The position numbers and the translations under genes were made by a program. This document shows, one piece after another, positions 17,323 to 26,954 of a stretch of 64,000 bases of DNA. Within the stretch, counting starts at the first letter, position 1; the number at the start of each line of letters is the position of its first letter. The DNA comes from Candidatus Woesearchaeota archaeon (GTDB lineage: Archaea > Nanobdellota > Nanobdellia > Pacearchaeales > GW2011-AR1), in assembly GCA_964651965.1 (NCBI GenBank), contig CAZYZS010000003.1, positions 36,625 to 100,624 on the forward strand, given 5' to 3'. Under the pieces are notes generated by a model. The model was given only the letters and a program-made list of their open reading frames with translations, made no database searches and had not been told where the DNA came from.

Positions 17323-17643
17323 ATGAAAAAAGCAAGACCTGCCTTTAATGTTGAATTACAAGTTGATGACACCCTTTCAGGAAGTCACTCTCTTCCTTAT
17401 ACCGGAGAATTTACAGTTCTAAGTGATGGAAGATTAGTAAGATGTTTTACAAAAGGGCTTGAAACTCATAAAGGGTTAGTTGATCTGGCAAGTACGCCTC
17501 CATTACATGTTGATTTTGAGGACAGACCAGAAGCTTACCTCGTAAGAAGAGGAAGCGATTACTACCTTAAAGACCGAGCATTAGAAGTTACCGCAGAAGT
17601 TGTAAGGGCTACTGTAGATGCGGCTAAAAGATACAGAACTTAA
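17323..17643 (+). CDS. Hypothetical protein (orphan, G+C-richer)
   Basis: 106-aa ORF with its own TATA-like element. No motif recognised. Confidence 0.45.
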   Translation: MKKARPAFNVELQVDDTLSGSHSLPYTGEFTVLSDGRLVRCFTKGLETHKGLVDLASTPPLHVDFEDRPEAYLVRRGSDYYLKDRALEVTAEVVRATVDAAKRYRT

Positions 17644-17650
17644 CGTGGCT

Positions 17651-17670
17651 TAAATCCACCCTTTTTTTCT
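17651..17670 (+). repeat. Direct repeat copy 2: TAAATCCACCCTTTTTTTCT
   Basis: Exact copy located exactly 400 nt after copy 1 and 7 nt after the stop of the 17323 gene. Its T7 run lies between convergent genes. Confidence 0.8.
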
Positions 17671-17688
17671 TATTCCTTAGTTAGTTAT

Positions 17689-18378
17689 TTAAAAGCTAAG
17701 CTCTTTTTCAGGCAAACTTCTGTGTTTTCTTAAAATTGCCTTTCTTTTGCCTTTGTTGTTTTCCAGTTCAATTATGCATTTGCTCCAATATTTTAAAATA
17801 TCTCCTCCAACCATCATCATTTTTCTCTCTTTCCCGCTCCTCAAATCTTCTTCACTTAAAAACTCCCCATAAACTTGATTGGTAACAATTACTGCAATCT
17901 CCTGTTTTCTTGCTATTTCTGCTAAAATTCTCATCTGCTTAGCTAACTCCGAGTTGATTTCCTTTACGCTGCCTTCTTCTTTTTGCTTTGCCTCTGCCAA
18001 ATCCAGGCGATAAAGCATAGTCATTCCATCAATAACTACCAACCCTACCTCTCCTTTTTTTAGCTCTTTTAAAAGCTGCAAAAAAGCCTCTTGCTGCTCT
18101 TTAAATGTTGTAGGTTTTAATAAAAGCACGTTATCCAGAACTTCTTTGCACCTCTCTCCTGCAATCTGCTTTGCTCTCTCAACAGAGAATCCCCCTTCTG
18201 TATCCATATAAATAACTTTTTTCCCCTTTTTTGCCTGGCTTGCAGCAGCCAATAAGCAAAAGTTAGTTTTCCCACTTCCTGCGGGGCCATAAATAGTAGT
18301 AATAATATCTTTTTCATACCCTCCATGAAGCCACTGGTTTAAATCGTAGCTTCCTGCACTTATTTTCCTTTCATTCAT
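17689..18378 (-). CDS. radB: DNA repair and recombination protein RadB
   Basis: RecA-fold core only (229 aa, no N-terminal HhH domain). Walker A GPAGSGKTNF and Walker B LVVID. Confidence 0.8.
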   Translation of the reverse strand: MNERKISAGSYDLNQWLHGGYEKDIITTIYGPAGSGKTNFCLLAAASQAKKGKKVIYMDTEGGFSVERAKQIAGERCKEVLDNVLLLKPTTFKEQQEAFLQLLKELKKGEVGLVVIDGMTMLYRLDLAEAKQKEEGSVKEINSELAKQMRILAEIARKQEIAVIVTNQVYGEFLSEEDLRSGKERKMMMVGGDILKYWSKCIIELENNKGKRKAILRKHRSLPEKELSF

Positions 18379-18430
18379 TGAATAATAATAAAATTCAGAG
18401 TTATAAGGATTATTATAGTCAAGAATTAAG

Positions 18431-18438
18431 TTTAAAAA
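18431..18438 (+). promoter_or_regulatory. Putative TATA box
   Basis: TTTAAAAA then CCC, 22 nt before ATG 18460. Confidence 0.4.
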
Positions 18439-18459
18439 CCCTAGAAACCTATATAAATA

Positions 18460-18741
18460 ATGGCAAAAAAGAGTGTGGAAAGAAAAGAGGCATGGTTTAG
18501 AATCCTAGTTTTTATAATAGGCGGGATAATTCTGGCAGTTTGGTCAGTTATAGTTAAGATTCTATCAATAATAAACTGGCTTATAGCGGTGATTACAGGA
18601 AAAAGAAGCAGAAGCCTTGCCATGTTCTGCGAGTACTGGAATTCTGAAGTTTATAAGTTCTTAAAATACATGACTTTTGTAACAAACACAAGGCCTTTCC
18701 CTTTTAATAAAGTAGGAAAACTAAGCAAGTTTGAGAGATAA
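18460..18741 (+). CDS. DUF4389-like membrane protein
   Basis: WFRILVFIIGGIIL...LIAVITGKRSRSLAMFCEYW...YMTFVTNTRPFPF fits the DUF4389 pattern. Confidence 0.55.
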   Translation: MAKKSVERKEAWFRILVFIIGGIILAVWSVIVKILSIINWLIAVITGKRSRSLAMFCEYWNSEVYKFLKYMTFVTNTRPFPFNKVGKLSKFER

Positions 18742-18749
18742 AAATAATT

Positions 18750-19187
18750 CTATTTCCAAATAAACCACCAGATTAACAGTGCCAAAACAAGATACATAAT
18801 ATACCCCCAAGGAATTATCTTTCTTTTGCCAATTCTTATCCACGGATAATAATCTGAAAAACTGGTCCAGAATTCTTTTGGCTTTACTACAGGATTAACA
18901 AGATACCAGACAAAATCTTCTATAATCAGGCTTGTAAGATATGCGCTGAGAAGTATGCCAAATAATCTGGTGTCCCAACCATAAATAATTAATGGTAGCC
19001 CTATTAACAATGGAAAGGTAATGAAAAAAGCAAAAAAATGATATCTAGATACTACAAATTTTCCTATTTTTATCTTAAATCCAACTTTTCCTTTATCCCA
19101 AGAATTTCTTCCTTCAAAAGAGCTTTCTGCAAAAGCCCAGGCTATCATTGCAGCATAAATCCAGATAAAAATTAATAAGGCGTTCAT
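18750..19187 (-). CDS. Hypothetical integral membrane protein
   Basis: 145 aa with 4 hydrophobic segments. It has a 4-nt start/stop overlap with the upstream AMMECR1 gene. Confidence 0.5.
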   Translation of the reverse strand: MNALLIFIWIYAAMIAWAFAESSFEGRNSWDKGKVGFKIKIGKFVVSRYHFFAFFITFPLLIGLPLIIYGWDTRLFGILLSAYLTSLIIEDFVWYLVNPVVKPKEFWTSFSDYYPWIRIGKRKIIPWGYIMYLVLALLIWWFIWK

Positions 19188-19729
19188 TTTTCTTCCATAA
19201 CCTCTTCTTCATCTATAATCCTGGCTTGAAACTTCCAAAGCTTAAATCCTTTTTCTTTCCACAAATTTCTAGGCAATCCCGCTTTCATGCACAAGCCTTC
19301 TAAAAATTGCACCTGATTCCATCCCTGCTCAGGAGCTACTTGCGGTAACAACAACCCGCCACAATCTTCGTATTCACACATCAATCCATCTTTCCCAATC
19401 TTTATCTTTTCTGGTGCAGCAGGACATTCAACAGGCACAGATAAAACAGAAACTTCTATCTTGCATAAAACAAACTCTTCTTCATCAATGGGGGGAAATC
19501 TAGGGTCTGAAAATGCAGCAGATTTTGCAGCCAAAATTATTGCCTCGCCTAGCTCATAGTTCGGATAAGGAAATCCAATACATCCTCTTAGTTCCCCATT
19601 TTTCTTCAGAGTTACAAAAACCCCTCTTTTCTCCTTCAACTCTTTATAATCGGGTATCTTAACCTTCTTTCCTGAAAATTCAGAAGCAATTGCCTCTTTT
19701 GCCAGTTTTACATATTCCAAGTCTTTCAT
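19184..19729 (-). CDS. AMMECR1-domain protein
   Basis: GVFVTLKKNGELRGCIGFPYP and AAFSDPRFPP motifs. Confidence 0.8.
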   Translation of the reverse strand: MKDLEYVKLAKEAIASEFSGKKVKIPDYKELKEKRGVFVTLKKNGELRGCIGFPYPNYELGEAIILAAKSAAFSDPRFPPIDEEEFVLCKIEVSVLSVPVECPAAPEKIKIGKDGLMCEYEDCGGLLLPQVAPEQGWNQVQFLEGLCMKAGLPRNLWKEKGFKLWKFQARIIDEEEVMEEK

Positions 19730-19769
19730 AAAGAAACAAGAAAAAAGGAATTAATAAAGTTAATCTTCT

Positions 19770-20072
19770 TTAAACTACTTCATCTAAAATAATTTTTTTC
19801 TTAAATCCCCCTCTCTCCTCCTCCTTTGATTTCCTAATTGCTTCTAAGTCCTCTTTTTCAAATTTAAAGTTTTTTACAGCATAAATTACCTCTAATATAT
19901 CTGCTAATTCTTCAGGATTACTCCCTTTTAAAAACTCTGCAACTTCTTCTTGTAGTTTTTCTTTTAATTTTTCCCAATACTCGTTATCAGATGCGATATG
20001 TACTGTTGGGGTTTTTCCATTGCCCTCTATTATTTCCGGAATCTTATCCCTTACTAGCTTATTGTATTTCAT
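19770..20072 (-). CDS. MazG-like nucleoside triphosphate pyrophosphohydrolase (all-alpha NTP-PPase)
   Basis: MKYNKLVRDKIPEII...EKLQEEVAEF...ELADILEVIYA pattern. Start taken at MKYNK. Confidence 0.6.
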   Translation of the reverse strand: MKYNKLVRDKIPEIIEGNGKTPTVHIASDNEYWEKLKEKLQEEVAEFLKGSNPEELADILEVIYAVKNFKFEKEDLEAIRKSKEEERGGFKKKIILDEVV

Positions 20073-20107
20073 CCTGTGCAAGAAAGAAAACCTTAGTTAA
20101 TAAATCT

Positions 20108-20461
20108 TTATAACTCCCTACACATAATTGCCATAGAACCATAATGAATTTTAAACTTCTGTTCTTTTGGATTCACCCTCTTAGGACCTAACCTTGCTCT
20201 AGTAAGCCTCTCTCGATTCAACCCATACAAATAAGCGCTTATAATTGCCCCATCATCCAATCCGTCTACTTTAACCCCGAGCTCAGCGAGACCCCTCCTA
20301 GTTCTTTCCCTGTTTCCATTACTAAGATTTCTTTCCAGAAGTTCTACAACTCTCCAAGCAGGTCCGTACTCCTCTAGAAAGGCAGGATATCTTAAAAGCA
20401 CATACTTCCCTCTTAAAAGCTCATACCTGCTCTCTACAGATAAATCTAAGCCTTCTACCAT
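20108..20461 (-). CDS. Hypothetical protein (orphan, Arg-rich, G+C-richer)
   Basis: 117-aa ORF; no motif recognised. Confidence 0.45.
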   Translation of the reverse strand: MVEGLDLSVESRYELLRGKYVLLRYPAFLEEYGPAWRVVELLERNLSNGNRERTRRGLAELGVKVDGLDDGAIISAYLYGLNRERLTRARLGPKRVNPKEQKFKIHYGSMAIMCREL

Positions 20462-20486
20462 CTTAAGAAAACGTATAGAAGGCTAA

Positions 20487-20750
20487 CTACTTAGCCTTCT
20501 TAAATTCATTAAAAAATTTAGTTGTATCTTTCTCTACAGCATCTATGGCATCTTGCAGAGCTTTTTTAGCTGCCTTGCCATTTGTCTTTATATGAAGAAT
20601 AGGATTTTTGCTTGGGTGATCTCTTCTCCAAGCAGCAAAAGAAACCGAGCTGTCTTTATTTAAATAGACTCTAAGAATTTCTACAATAGTCACGCTACCA
20701 ATTTCTACTTTTAATTCATTCTTATCATCTTGAAGAATCTTGATGTCCAT
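20487..20750 (-). CDS. rpoL: DNA-directed RNA polymerase subunit L (Rpb11-like)
   Basis: MDIKILQDDKNELKVEI...VSFAAWRRDHP..NPILHIKTNG...AL.DAI matches the archaeal RpoL layout. Confidence 0.7.
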   Translation of the reverse strand: MDIKILQDDKNELKVEIGSVTIVEILRVYLNKDSSVSFAAWRRDHPSKNPILHIKTNGKAAKKALQDAIDAVEKDTTKFFNEFKKAK

Positions 20751-20796
20751 GAAAACTATAGAAAAAGGGCATTTTTAAAGCTTACTAAAGCCTCTT

Positions 20797-22008
20797 TTAC
20801 TCTTCAATCACTTCTATCTCATCCCCTAACAAGCTTTCAGAAGGCTTTTTCTCAGAAAGCTCTGATAATTTCTGGAAATCAGTATCCTTGGTTATTTCTT
20901 CTATTTTTTCTTCTTCAATCTCAATCGGTTTTTCTTCTTTTTTAGTCAGCTCTCCAGGCTCTCCTCTTAAAATCTCTTTTATTTGCTCTTGCTCTGATTT
21001 TTTCTCTAGCATTCTTACTTCCATTTTTTCTTTTTCCAGTTCTGCTTTTTCTTTATCTTTCTTCTTCTCTGCTAATTCAGCAATGCTGGGAACTCTCTCT
21101 TCTTCCTTCTTCCCAATCCATTGTATGGCTTTATTTAGCATTGTCCTTTTTTCTTCGATTGTCACCTCCCCTCCTAACGCAAGGCTCTTCATTTCCTCAC
21201 CAACCTTATTCCTAAATTCTTTTTGCTCTGCTTCACTTGACGCTCGCTTTTGCAAGTTTTCTTCTCTCTCTTTCTCGTCTTTGATTTTCTTCAGGTCTGC
21301 TATTGTAATACTATCCATTAATTCTGGACGGAATTTTAAAACTCTGGCAGGTCTTTTTACTTTTTCTTCTTTAAGCTCTTCTGCCTTAACTTCCATCAAG
21401 TCCCCTTCCTCTAATTCCTCTTCTAAAATGGGTTCTATTGGTTCAGATAATGTCTCTGAAATTGGAGCGGAGGCCGCTTGCTTTTTCCTCCTTTCCTGTT
21501 CTAGTTCCTCTTCATCCATCTCTCTTAATCTAATTTGAAAGAATTGCTCTAATTTCTTTATTAATTTCTCAGGCTCTTCTGGAAGCTCGCCTTTTTCAAC
21601 CATCTTAAGAGCAGTCTCGCTTTCCCCAATTACCTTAGCTAGACTACTAATGCTCATGCCCCTATTCCTTCTTGCTCTCATAACATGCCAGTGAAAGTTT
21701 CTTATAAGATTAAACGGGCTTGAGGCGGGCTTTTCTAGCTCCGGATGCTCATCAAGTTTTTTTATTTCTGCCAGCATGCTTCTATCTTTTTTTTCAGGCT
21801 CCCAAGTACCAGAAAGTCTCTTAAGCCTTTCGTAAACTCCAAGGCTTCTCTCAGCAGCCTTAAGCTGGGAAGTGGAAGGCTTCCTTAATACAGGTATGTT
21901 TTCAGTTATCGCGCATCTTTCGCAAACCTTCACCAAATCATTTTCATAAAGGGCGTCACTAAGTTTAACCTCTTTTGCATCTCTTTCGCACCTAAAACAC
22001 CTAGCCAT
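20797..22008 (-). CDS. MBF1-like protein: zinc ribbon plus XRE-type HTH, with long Glu/Lys-rich C-terminal extension
   Basis: CFRCE...VCERC ribbon and the HTH MSISSLAKVIGESETALKMVEKGE, followed by about 230 aa of E/K-rich low-complexity sequence. Confidence 0.5.
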   Translation of the reverse strand: MARCFRCERDAKEVKLSDALYENDLVKVCERCAITENIPVLRKPSTSQLKAAERSLGVYERLKRLSGTWEPEKKDRSMLAEIKKLDEHPELEKPASSPFNLIRNFHWHVMRARRNRGMSISSLAKVIGESETALKMVEKGELPEEPEKLIKKLEQFFQIRLREMDEEELEQERRKKQAASAPISETLSEPIEPILEEELEEGDLMEVKAEELKEEKVKRPARVLKFRPELMDSITIADLKKIKDEKEREENLQKRASSEAEQKEFRNKVGEEMKSLALGGEVTIEEKRTMLNKAIQWIGKKEEERVPSIAELAEKKKDKEKAELEKEKMEVRMLEKKSEQEQIKEILRGEPGELTKKEEKPIEIEEEKIEEITKDTDFQKLSELSEKKPSESLLGDEIEVIEE

Positions 22009-22154
22009 TCTGAGAAGTAGTAAAGAAAACTAATTTTTAAATAAATATGTTATCAAAAAGTTTCTTTGTATTACATAGAATCTCTCGTTCAAGAAACTTT
22101 AGGATGCATGAAAAATCTGAATTTATAAAGATTTTTGACATAAAAAATATATAA

Positions 22155-22823
22155 TTACTTAAGGAATTTTTCTACCTCTTCTACTGTCCCAAGCTCGTTT
22201 ATTTTTGTTTTTTCGTCAATTAAAATAACTGGCAACTCGCTCTCAGAAACATTGTAAAGACCCATCATTAAACTAACAGAAGAAAGGTTATTATCGCCTG
22301 CAAAAGGAATAAGAACGATTTCCTGGCCTTTATCTTCTTTTAATTCCGCAAGTATCCTTGAAAAAACTCCTTGCTTGGCCTTGGTATCCATTGAAGGTTC
22401 GTTATAATCATAAATATACACAACCGTATGAAAATCTGCCTTGCACTTTTTCTTTAAGGCTATGGAATTTGACCACAAAAGAGCTCTTAAAATATCATAT
22501 TTCTTATGCTCCAAATTTATTTGCTCTGTAAGAGTCTGGGCTCCTTCATATCTAGATAATAATTCGGCCTCTTTAAAAATTCTATCTGCAAAAGCAATGT
22601 TCTGTGATATAGCCTCCCCACAATCAAGGGGTAATGAAGAAGCTATTTCACCCTGCGCCCTAATATCCGACAGGGTAATTTCAGACTCCTTGTAAAGATA
22701 ATCTATTTTATTAGCTCTCCAATTTTCAAAAATAACTCCTGCAATGACTCCTATTGCAAATATAAGAATAGTCACTAAGAAAGCTTCCCAAAAAACATGC
22801 TTCTGTGATTTTAATATTTCCAT
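22155..22823 (-). CDS. Hypothetical membrane-anchored protein
   Basis: Single N-terminal TM segment (FWEAFLVTILIFAIGVIAGVIF). It lies 2 nt downstream of the GT2 gene. Confidence 0.5.
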   Translation of the reverse strand: MEILKSQKHVFWEAFLVTILIFAIGVIAGVIFENWRANKIDYLYKESEITLSDIRAQGEIASSLPLDCGEAISQNIAFADRIFKEAELLSRYEGAQTLTEQINLEHKKYDILRALLWSNSIALKKKCKADFHTVVYIYDYNEPSMDTKAKQGVFSRILAELKEDKGQEIVLIPFAGDNNLSSVSLMMGLYNVSESELPVILIDEKTKINELGTVEEVEKFLK

Positions 22824-22825
22824 TT

Positions 22826-24067
22826 CTATCTCCAGATTTTTTTGCCTCTAACCGCATGCCAAATTGAACCTAGCATTATAAACGGATAAAAAGAGATGTA
22901 AATTAGCATATAAAAAGGTATGTTTAACAAATTTTCCCTCATCAATATTTTCTCTTTTAAAATCGCGAGTATAACTAATGTGAACACCAGACCTGCTAGA
23001 AATAGTACAACTCCAAGATAGTTCAAAAAATTGGGAGTTATATAGAAATCCTCAAGGGTAAGGAGGGGGGTACTAGCTACGATGGTATATTTAGTATATA
23101 GAGACCAAGAAATAACCCTCCTTGCAATAAGATACGCCCAAATAGATAATCCCACCAGTCCTAAAAAAGTGCTAAATATAAAAAAAGGAACAATAAAAAA
23201 TCCGAGCATAGCAGATCCTTTCCTAGAACTAAACAAGTAACTCTTATATTTATAGATACATTGCAAACCTCCGACATTCCACCTTCTCCTCTGCCTGTAC
23301 CATTCCTTAAATTTGCTTGGAACTGTGCTAGAAACATTAGCAGAAAGTGACATCCTTCTATCCCATCCATGAGCTGTTAAATTCCAAGTAGCTTCAATAT
23401 CTTGGGTCATATTTTTCTCATCGAATCCGCCAATTTCCAGAAGCGCTTTTCTCCTGTATAACGCAAGTGGCCCGGGGGTGACATAGATTGCATCTACATA
23501 ATCTAGAAGCTTCCTGGAAAAAGCAATTACTTTATACTCTATTGCCTGTAATTTTTCAATAAAAATGTCTGTGTTTCTCGCAACAACAGGGCAAGTGACT
23601 GCTCCAACCTTTTCATCATTAAAAAAGCCAACCATCTTGCCAATAGAGTCTCTAGAAGGATAAGAGTCTGCATCCACTACTGCAACTAGCTCGCTTTTAG
23701 CTGCTTTCAATCCTGTATTCTGAGAGGCCGCTGCGCTTCCTGAATTTTTCTTGTGGGTTATTACCCTCAACTTAGGATATTTATCTTTTAATTTTTCCAA
23801 AACTTCCAGAGTATTATCAGTAGAAGCATCATTTACCACAATAACTTCCTCAAGAAGATAATCTATATTAAATATGTGCTCTAGAGTATCTGCTATCGTC
23901 TCTCCTTCGTTGTAAGCGGGTACAACAAAACTTACAGAATACTTCTTCTTAGGAACTGGATAAGAAAAAATATTTTTCCTATTAACAGAATAAATAGTTA
24001 AAAACAAGGCTAAGAAGTAAAGGGTTATAAACATATACACAAGGTAAATTATAGGCAAGATACTCAT
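22826..24067 (-). CDS. Family 2 glycosyltransferase, processive (chitin/cellulose-synthase-like)
   Basis: VVPAYNEGETI, VVDADS and QRRRWNVG (QxxRW) motifs, plus N- and C-terminal TM segments. Confidence 0.8.
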   Translation of the reverse strand: MSILPIIYLVYMFITLYFLALFLTIYSVNRKNIFSYPVPKKKYSVSFVVPAYNEGETIADTLEHIFNIDYLLEEVIVVNDASTDNTLEVLEKLKDKYPKLRVITHKKNSGSAAASQNTGLKAAKSELVAVVDADSYPSRDSIGKMVGFFNDEKVGAVTCPVVARNTDIFIEKLQAIEYKVIAFSRKLLDYVDAIYVTPGPLALYRRKALLEIGGFDEKNMTQDIEATWNLTAHGWDRRMSLSANVSSTVPSKFKEWYRQRRRWNVGGLQCIYKYKSYLFSSRKGSAMLGFFIVPFFIFSTFLGLVGLSIWAYLIARRVISWSLYTKYTIVASTPLLTLEDFYITPNFLNYLGVVLFLAGLVFTLVILAILKEKILMRENLLNIPFYMLIYISFYPFIMLGSIWHAVRGKKIWR

Positions 24068-24107
24068 GTTCCGCTTTTTGATAAAATAGACATTAAAAAA
24101 AGAATAT

Positions 24108-24830
24108 TTAAGGATTATTGTTCTCTAATATGGATTTGTCCTCTTGTTCTTCTGTTTCTATAGCTAATTCTTTTTCAACAGGCCCTTTTTCTTCTTTGTC
24201 TTCTATTTCTTTTTGCTTCTCCTCTTCTTTTATACTTTCAACAACCTCTTTTCTTTCCACAACTTCTTTCTCTCCCTTACCAACTTCTAGAAATTCTACT
24301 GAATTTCGATGATCATCAGAAACCTCACCAGAGTTTCTGAGAGTAAAATAATCGTAAAATTCATCGCTTAAAGAAAGCTCTTTAGTATGCCCAATTTTCT
24401 TCCCCCTCACCAGCCCCATTTCAATGAAATTTTTTACGTGGTCATAAGCCTTATTTCCTCTTATTTTTATTATTACTGACTGTTTTACGGGCTGCTTGTA
24501 AGCAATTATAGCAAGCGTTTCCTGCTCTGCTTTTGTAAATTCAGCTGTTCCTGTAGCCAGCTTATTGACCATGTTCCTATATTCCTGCTTCACATCCATT
24601 TTCCATCGGTCTTCTTTTTGCAAAACTTCTATAGCACAACTATCATCATATTTACCAATAAGCTTCTCAATTAGTTCCCTAAGCAAAAGCGGGTTAATTT
24701 CCGTAAGTGCAACTAGCTCCTGCAAGGATAAGAATCTTCCAGAGATGAACAAAGCAGCCTCAACCTTTTTAAGATTCTTGATTTCCTCTGCATTATCTAC
24801 CTCGTTTTGGCTTTCAGATGTAAGCTCCAT
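24108..24830 (-). CDS. scpB: Segregation and condensation protein B (ScpB) with acidic C-terminal tail
   Basis: VEAALFISGRFLSLQELVALT, a tandem winged-helix layout and IIAYKQPV. Start taken at MELTSE. Confidence 0.7.
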   Translation of the reverse strand: MELTSESQNEVDNAEEIKNLKKVEAALFISGRFLSLQELVALTEINPLLLRELIEKLIGKYDDSCAIEVLQKEDRWKMDVKQEYRNMVNKLATGTAEFTKAEQETLAIIAYKQPVKQSVIIKIRGNKAYDHVKNFIEMGLVRGKKIGHTKELSLSDEFYDYFTLRNSGEVSDDHRNSVEFLEVGKGEKEVVERKEVVESIKEEEKQKEIEDKEEKGPVEKELAIETEEQEDKSILENNNP

Positions 24831-24866
24831 AGAAAAAAAGAGCAGCATAACATTTTAAAGGTTTCT

Positions 24867-25427
24867 ATGCCTATAAATAGTATGAAAAAGAGAGTTAAAA
24901 ATTACATAAAGTTATCTCTAATTATTCTATTAGCTTTAATTATCTTTTTATTCTTATTCAGACAGTTTTCTGCAAGGCAGTTAGATGATGTTTCTCCGCA
25001 AATTCAGTGCGACACTCAACTGCTAGAAAAAGCAGATATTTTATATGTTATTCCAAAGTTTAACAATTCCCCTATCTCAGAAAATAAAGAATGGTGCAAT
25101 TACATTCTTTCTTTAAACAAAACTCTAGCAATGCACGGAGTTTATCATACTTACAATGAGTTTTCAGAGGATAAAAATGAAACTTATTTGCAGGAAGGAA
25201 TAACAGAGTTTGAAAAATGCTTTGGCACAAAGCCAGATAGATTCAAGGCGCCTCAATTGGCAATATCAAAAAACAATAAGGAACTAATAAAAAAACAGAT
25301 GAACTTCGATGGTTTTTCAAATCAGGTGCTCCATAAAGTTTATCACTGTAATGAATCTGGAGACTTTTCCAGCCACCTAACAAGAAGAACGGGATTATTT
25401 TCAAATAGATTTAATGAGATATTCTAA
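24867..25427 (+). CDS. DUF2334 / polysaccharide-deacetylase-like protein, membrane anchored
   Basis: TM anchor LSLIILLALIIFLF plus LAMHGVYHTYNEF and FKAPQLA motifs. Start taken at MPINS to avoid overlap with scpB. Confidence 0.45.
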   Translation: MPINSMKKRVKNYIKLSLIILLALIIFLFLFRQFSARQLDDVSPQIQCDTQLLEKADILYVIPKFNNSPISENKEWCNYILSLNKTLAMHGVYHTYNEFSEDKNETYLQEGITEFEKCFGTKPDRFKAPQLAISKNNKELIKKQMNFDGFSNQVLHKVYHCNESGDFSSHLTRRTGLFSNRFNEIF

Positions 25428-26525
25428 TTATCTCAACCCAATATCAAATCTTAAAATTGCCCCAATTCTTCCCAAGCTGGCAAACTGCCTTCCTTCTTCT
25501 GTATCTTCTGAAACAAGAACTATTTTAGAAGAAATGTTTTCAGCCTTCGCAGTGTATTCAGTTATATATTTCCTGTCGAGTTTCTTGCTTATTATAAGAA
25601 GTTCAACAGCTCCTGCATCCAACGCCTTTCTAACATCCTCTAATCCATAGACTGTCTTCTCAGGGTTTTTTGCTAATTTAGTCATAAAATCTTCAAGTAT
25701 TTCTTTTTCCTTTATTATTTCCTGTTCTGAAAGCAGATCTCTGCTGCATTCAACAAGCAAATCAAGTCCATGCTCATCAGCATAACCAATATCTTTCACT
25801 CCTATAATCATCTCTTTTAGTTTGGTAACTATCTGCCCTTCTTTTAAAAAATCCTCTTTAGTGGGGCCGGGCCCTCCAACTAAAATTCCCTTTAATTTTT
25901 TCATGTCCCAAAAGTTATTCTTTACAGCTTCAGAAACTCTTCTATAAAACTCTTTTTTCATTCCCTCACGAATTCTCCCATACCTGGCTGCGCTCTGTCC
26001 TCCTTTCTCAGTCTTCCCAGGAACCCCAGAAGTCATTTTCTGCAGAACTCTTATTTGTTTTCCCTCTAATACCCCTAAAGTTGCTTCGTTTACTTCTATG
26101 ACTACTAAACCATAAACTTCCCCAACTTCCAGCATCTCTTTCAAAGGCTCTAAAACAAACTCCTGGTCGCATCTATACAGCCGGGCCCTTAACGGCACTG
26201 GCGGCTCAAAGCTCCATACCTTAATTTCAGGCTGCCCTTCATTGTCGCTTATATTCCCTGCAAACAAAGCAAGCCCATTTATAGGATTTTTTTGTATAAG
26301 CTTTAAGTGTCTTGTTAATCTTTCCAAGGCGTCAAGGACATTTTTCCGCGTCCCCTTGCTTTTGATATTTGACGCAGTTGACTTTTCCTGCTCCAGCAGC
26401 TTCGCTACAGCAATCAAAGAATATCCTGCAGGCACATAGACAGTTACAAGCTCGGTATGCCTGCCCCGGTATTTCTCCAACTCAGCTACGAATTCTTCTA
26501 ATTGGTACCGCATAGATTCTTCCAT
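25428..26525 (-). CDS. prf1: Peptide chain release factor aRF1
   Basis: NIKS motif (ASNIKSKGTRKNV) and GGQ motif (KGGQSAARYGR). Confidence 0.85.
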   Translation of the reverse strand: MEESMRYQLEEFVAELEKYRGRHTELVTVYVPAGYSLIAVAKLLEQEKSTASNIKSKGTRKNVLDALERLTRHLKLIQKNPINGLALFAGNISDNEGQPEIKVWSFEPPVPLRARLYRCDQEFVLEPLKEMLEVGEVYGLVVIEVNEATLGVLEGKQIRVLQKMTSGVPGKTEKGGQSAARYGRIREGMKKEFYRRVSEAVKNNFWDMKKLKGILVGGPGPTKEDFLKEGQIVTKLKEMIIGVKDIGYADEHGLDLLVECSRDLLSEQEIIKEKEILEDFMTKLAKNPEKTVYGLEDVRKALDAGAVELLIISKKLDRKYITEYTAKAENISSKIVLVSEDTEEGRQFASLGRIGAILRFDIGLR

Positions 26526-26602
26526 GAATGGATAAAAGATAAGGTGTTTATAAAGGTTAACTAGAAAGGAGGATTTTTAAAACACAGTTACTTAAATATC
26601 TA

Positions 26603-26890
26603 ATGCGAAAAAAGAGAGAGATTATTGAAGAACTAGAAAAAAGTGAGGAAGAGACTGCAAGCAAAATAATCAGATACCTTGGAGTTTTTTTAATTACCGC
26701 TGGCACGATCTGCTTGGTTGCTTTTGCATGGTTTTTGATTATTGTAGGAGTTTTAGGTTTATTTCTTCCGATAATCCCGGGATTGGTGTTAATCCTTATA
26801 GGAGCCACTCTTTTAGGCGGAAAGAAATTTAAAAACTACCTGATAAAATTAACAACAAAGATAATAAGAAGAATTAAGAAAGATAAATAA
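26603..26890 (+). CDS. Small membrane protein (PGPGW-like)
   Basis: Two TM segments with LFLPIIPGLVLILIGATLLG. Confidence 0.5.
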   Translation: MRKKREIIEELEKSEEETASKIIRYLGVFLITAGTICLVAFAWFLIIVGVLGLFLPIIPGLVLILIGATLLGGKKFKNYLIKLTTKIIRRIKKDK

Positions 26891-26954
26891 GTGAAAAATA
26901 CAGGATGCTTTAAAGCATATAAATGTTTATAAATTCTAACCAGTTCTTTAGGAT

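Noticed and set aside
20888-21538. 216-aa Ser/Phe-rich ORF on the plus strand
   Set aside because: It is antisense to the E/K-rich tail of the MBF1-like gene. The GAA/AAG repeats read as TTC/CTT in reverse, so it is an artefact of low complexity.
26557-26808. 83-aa minus-strand ORF
   Set aside because: It is antisense to the two-TM protein at 26603-26890, and the plus-strand product has the more coherent membrane topology.
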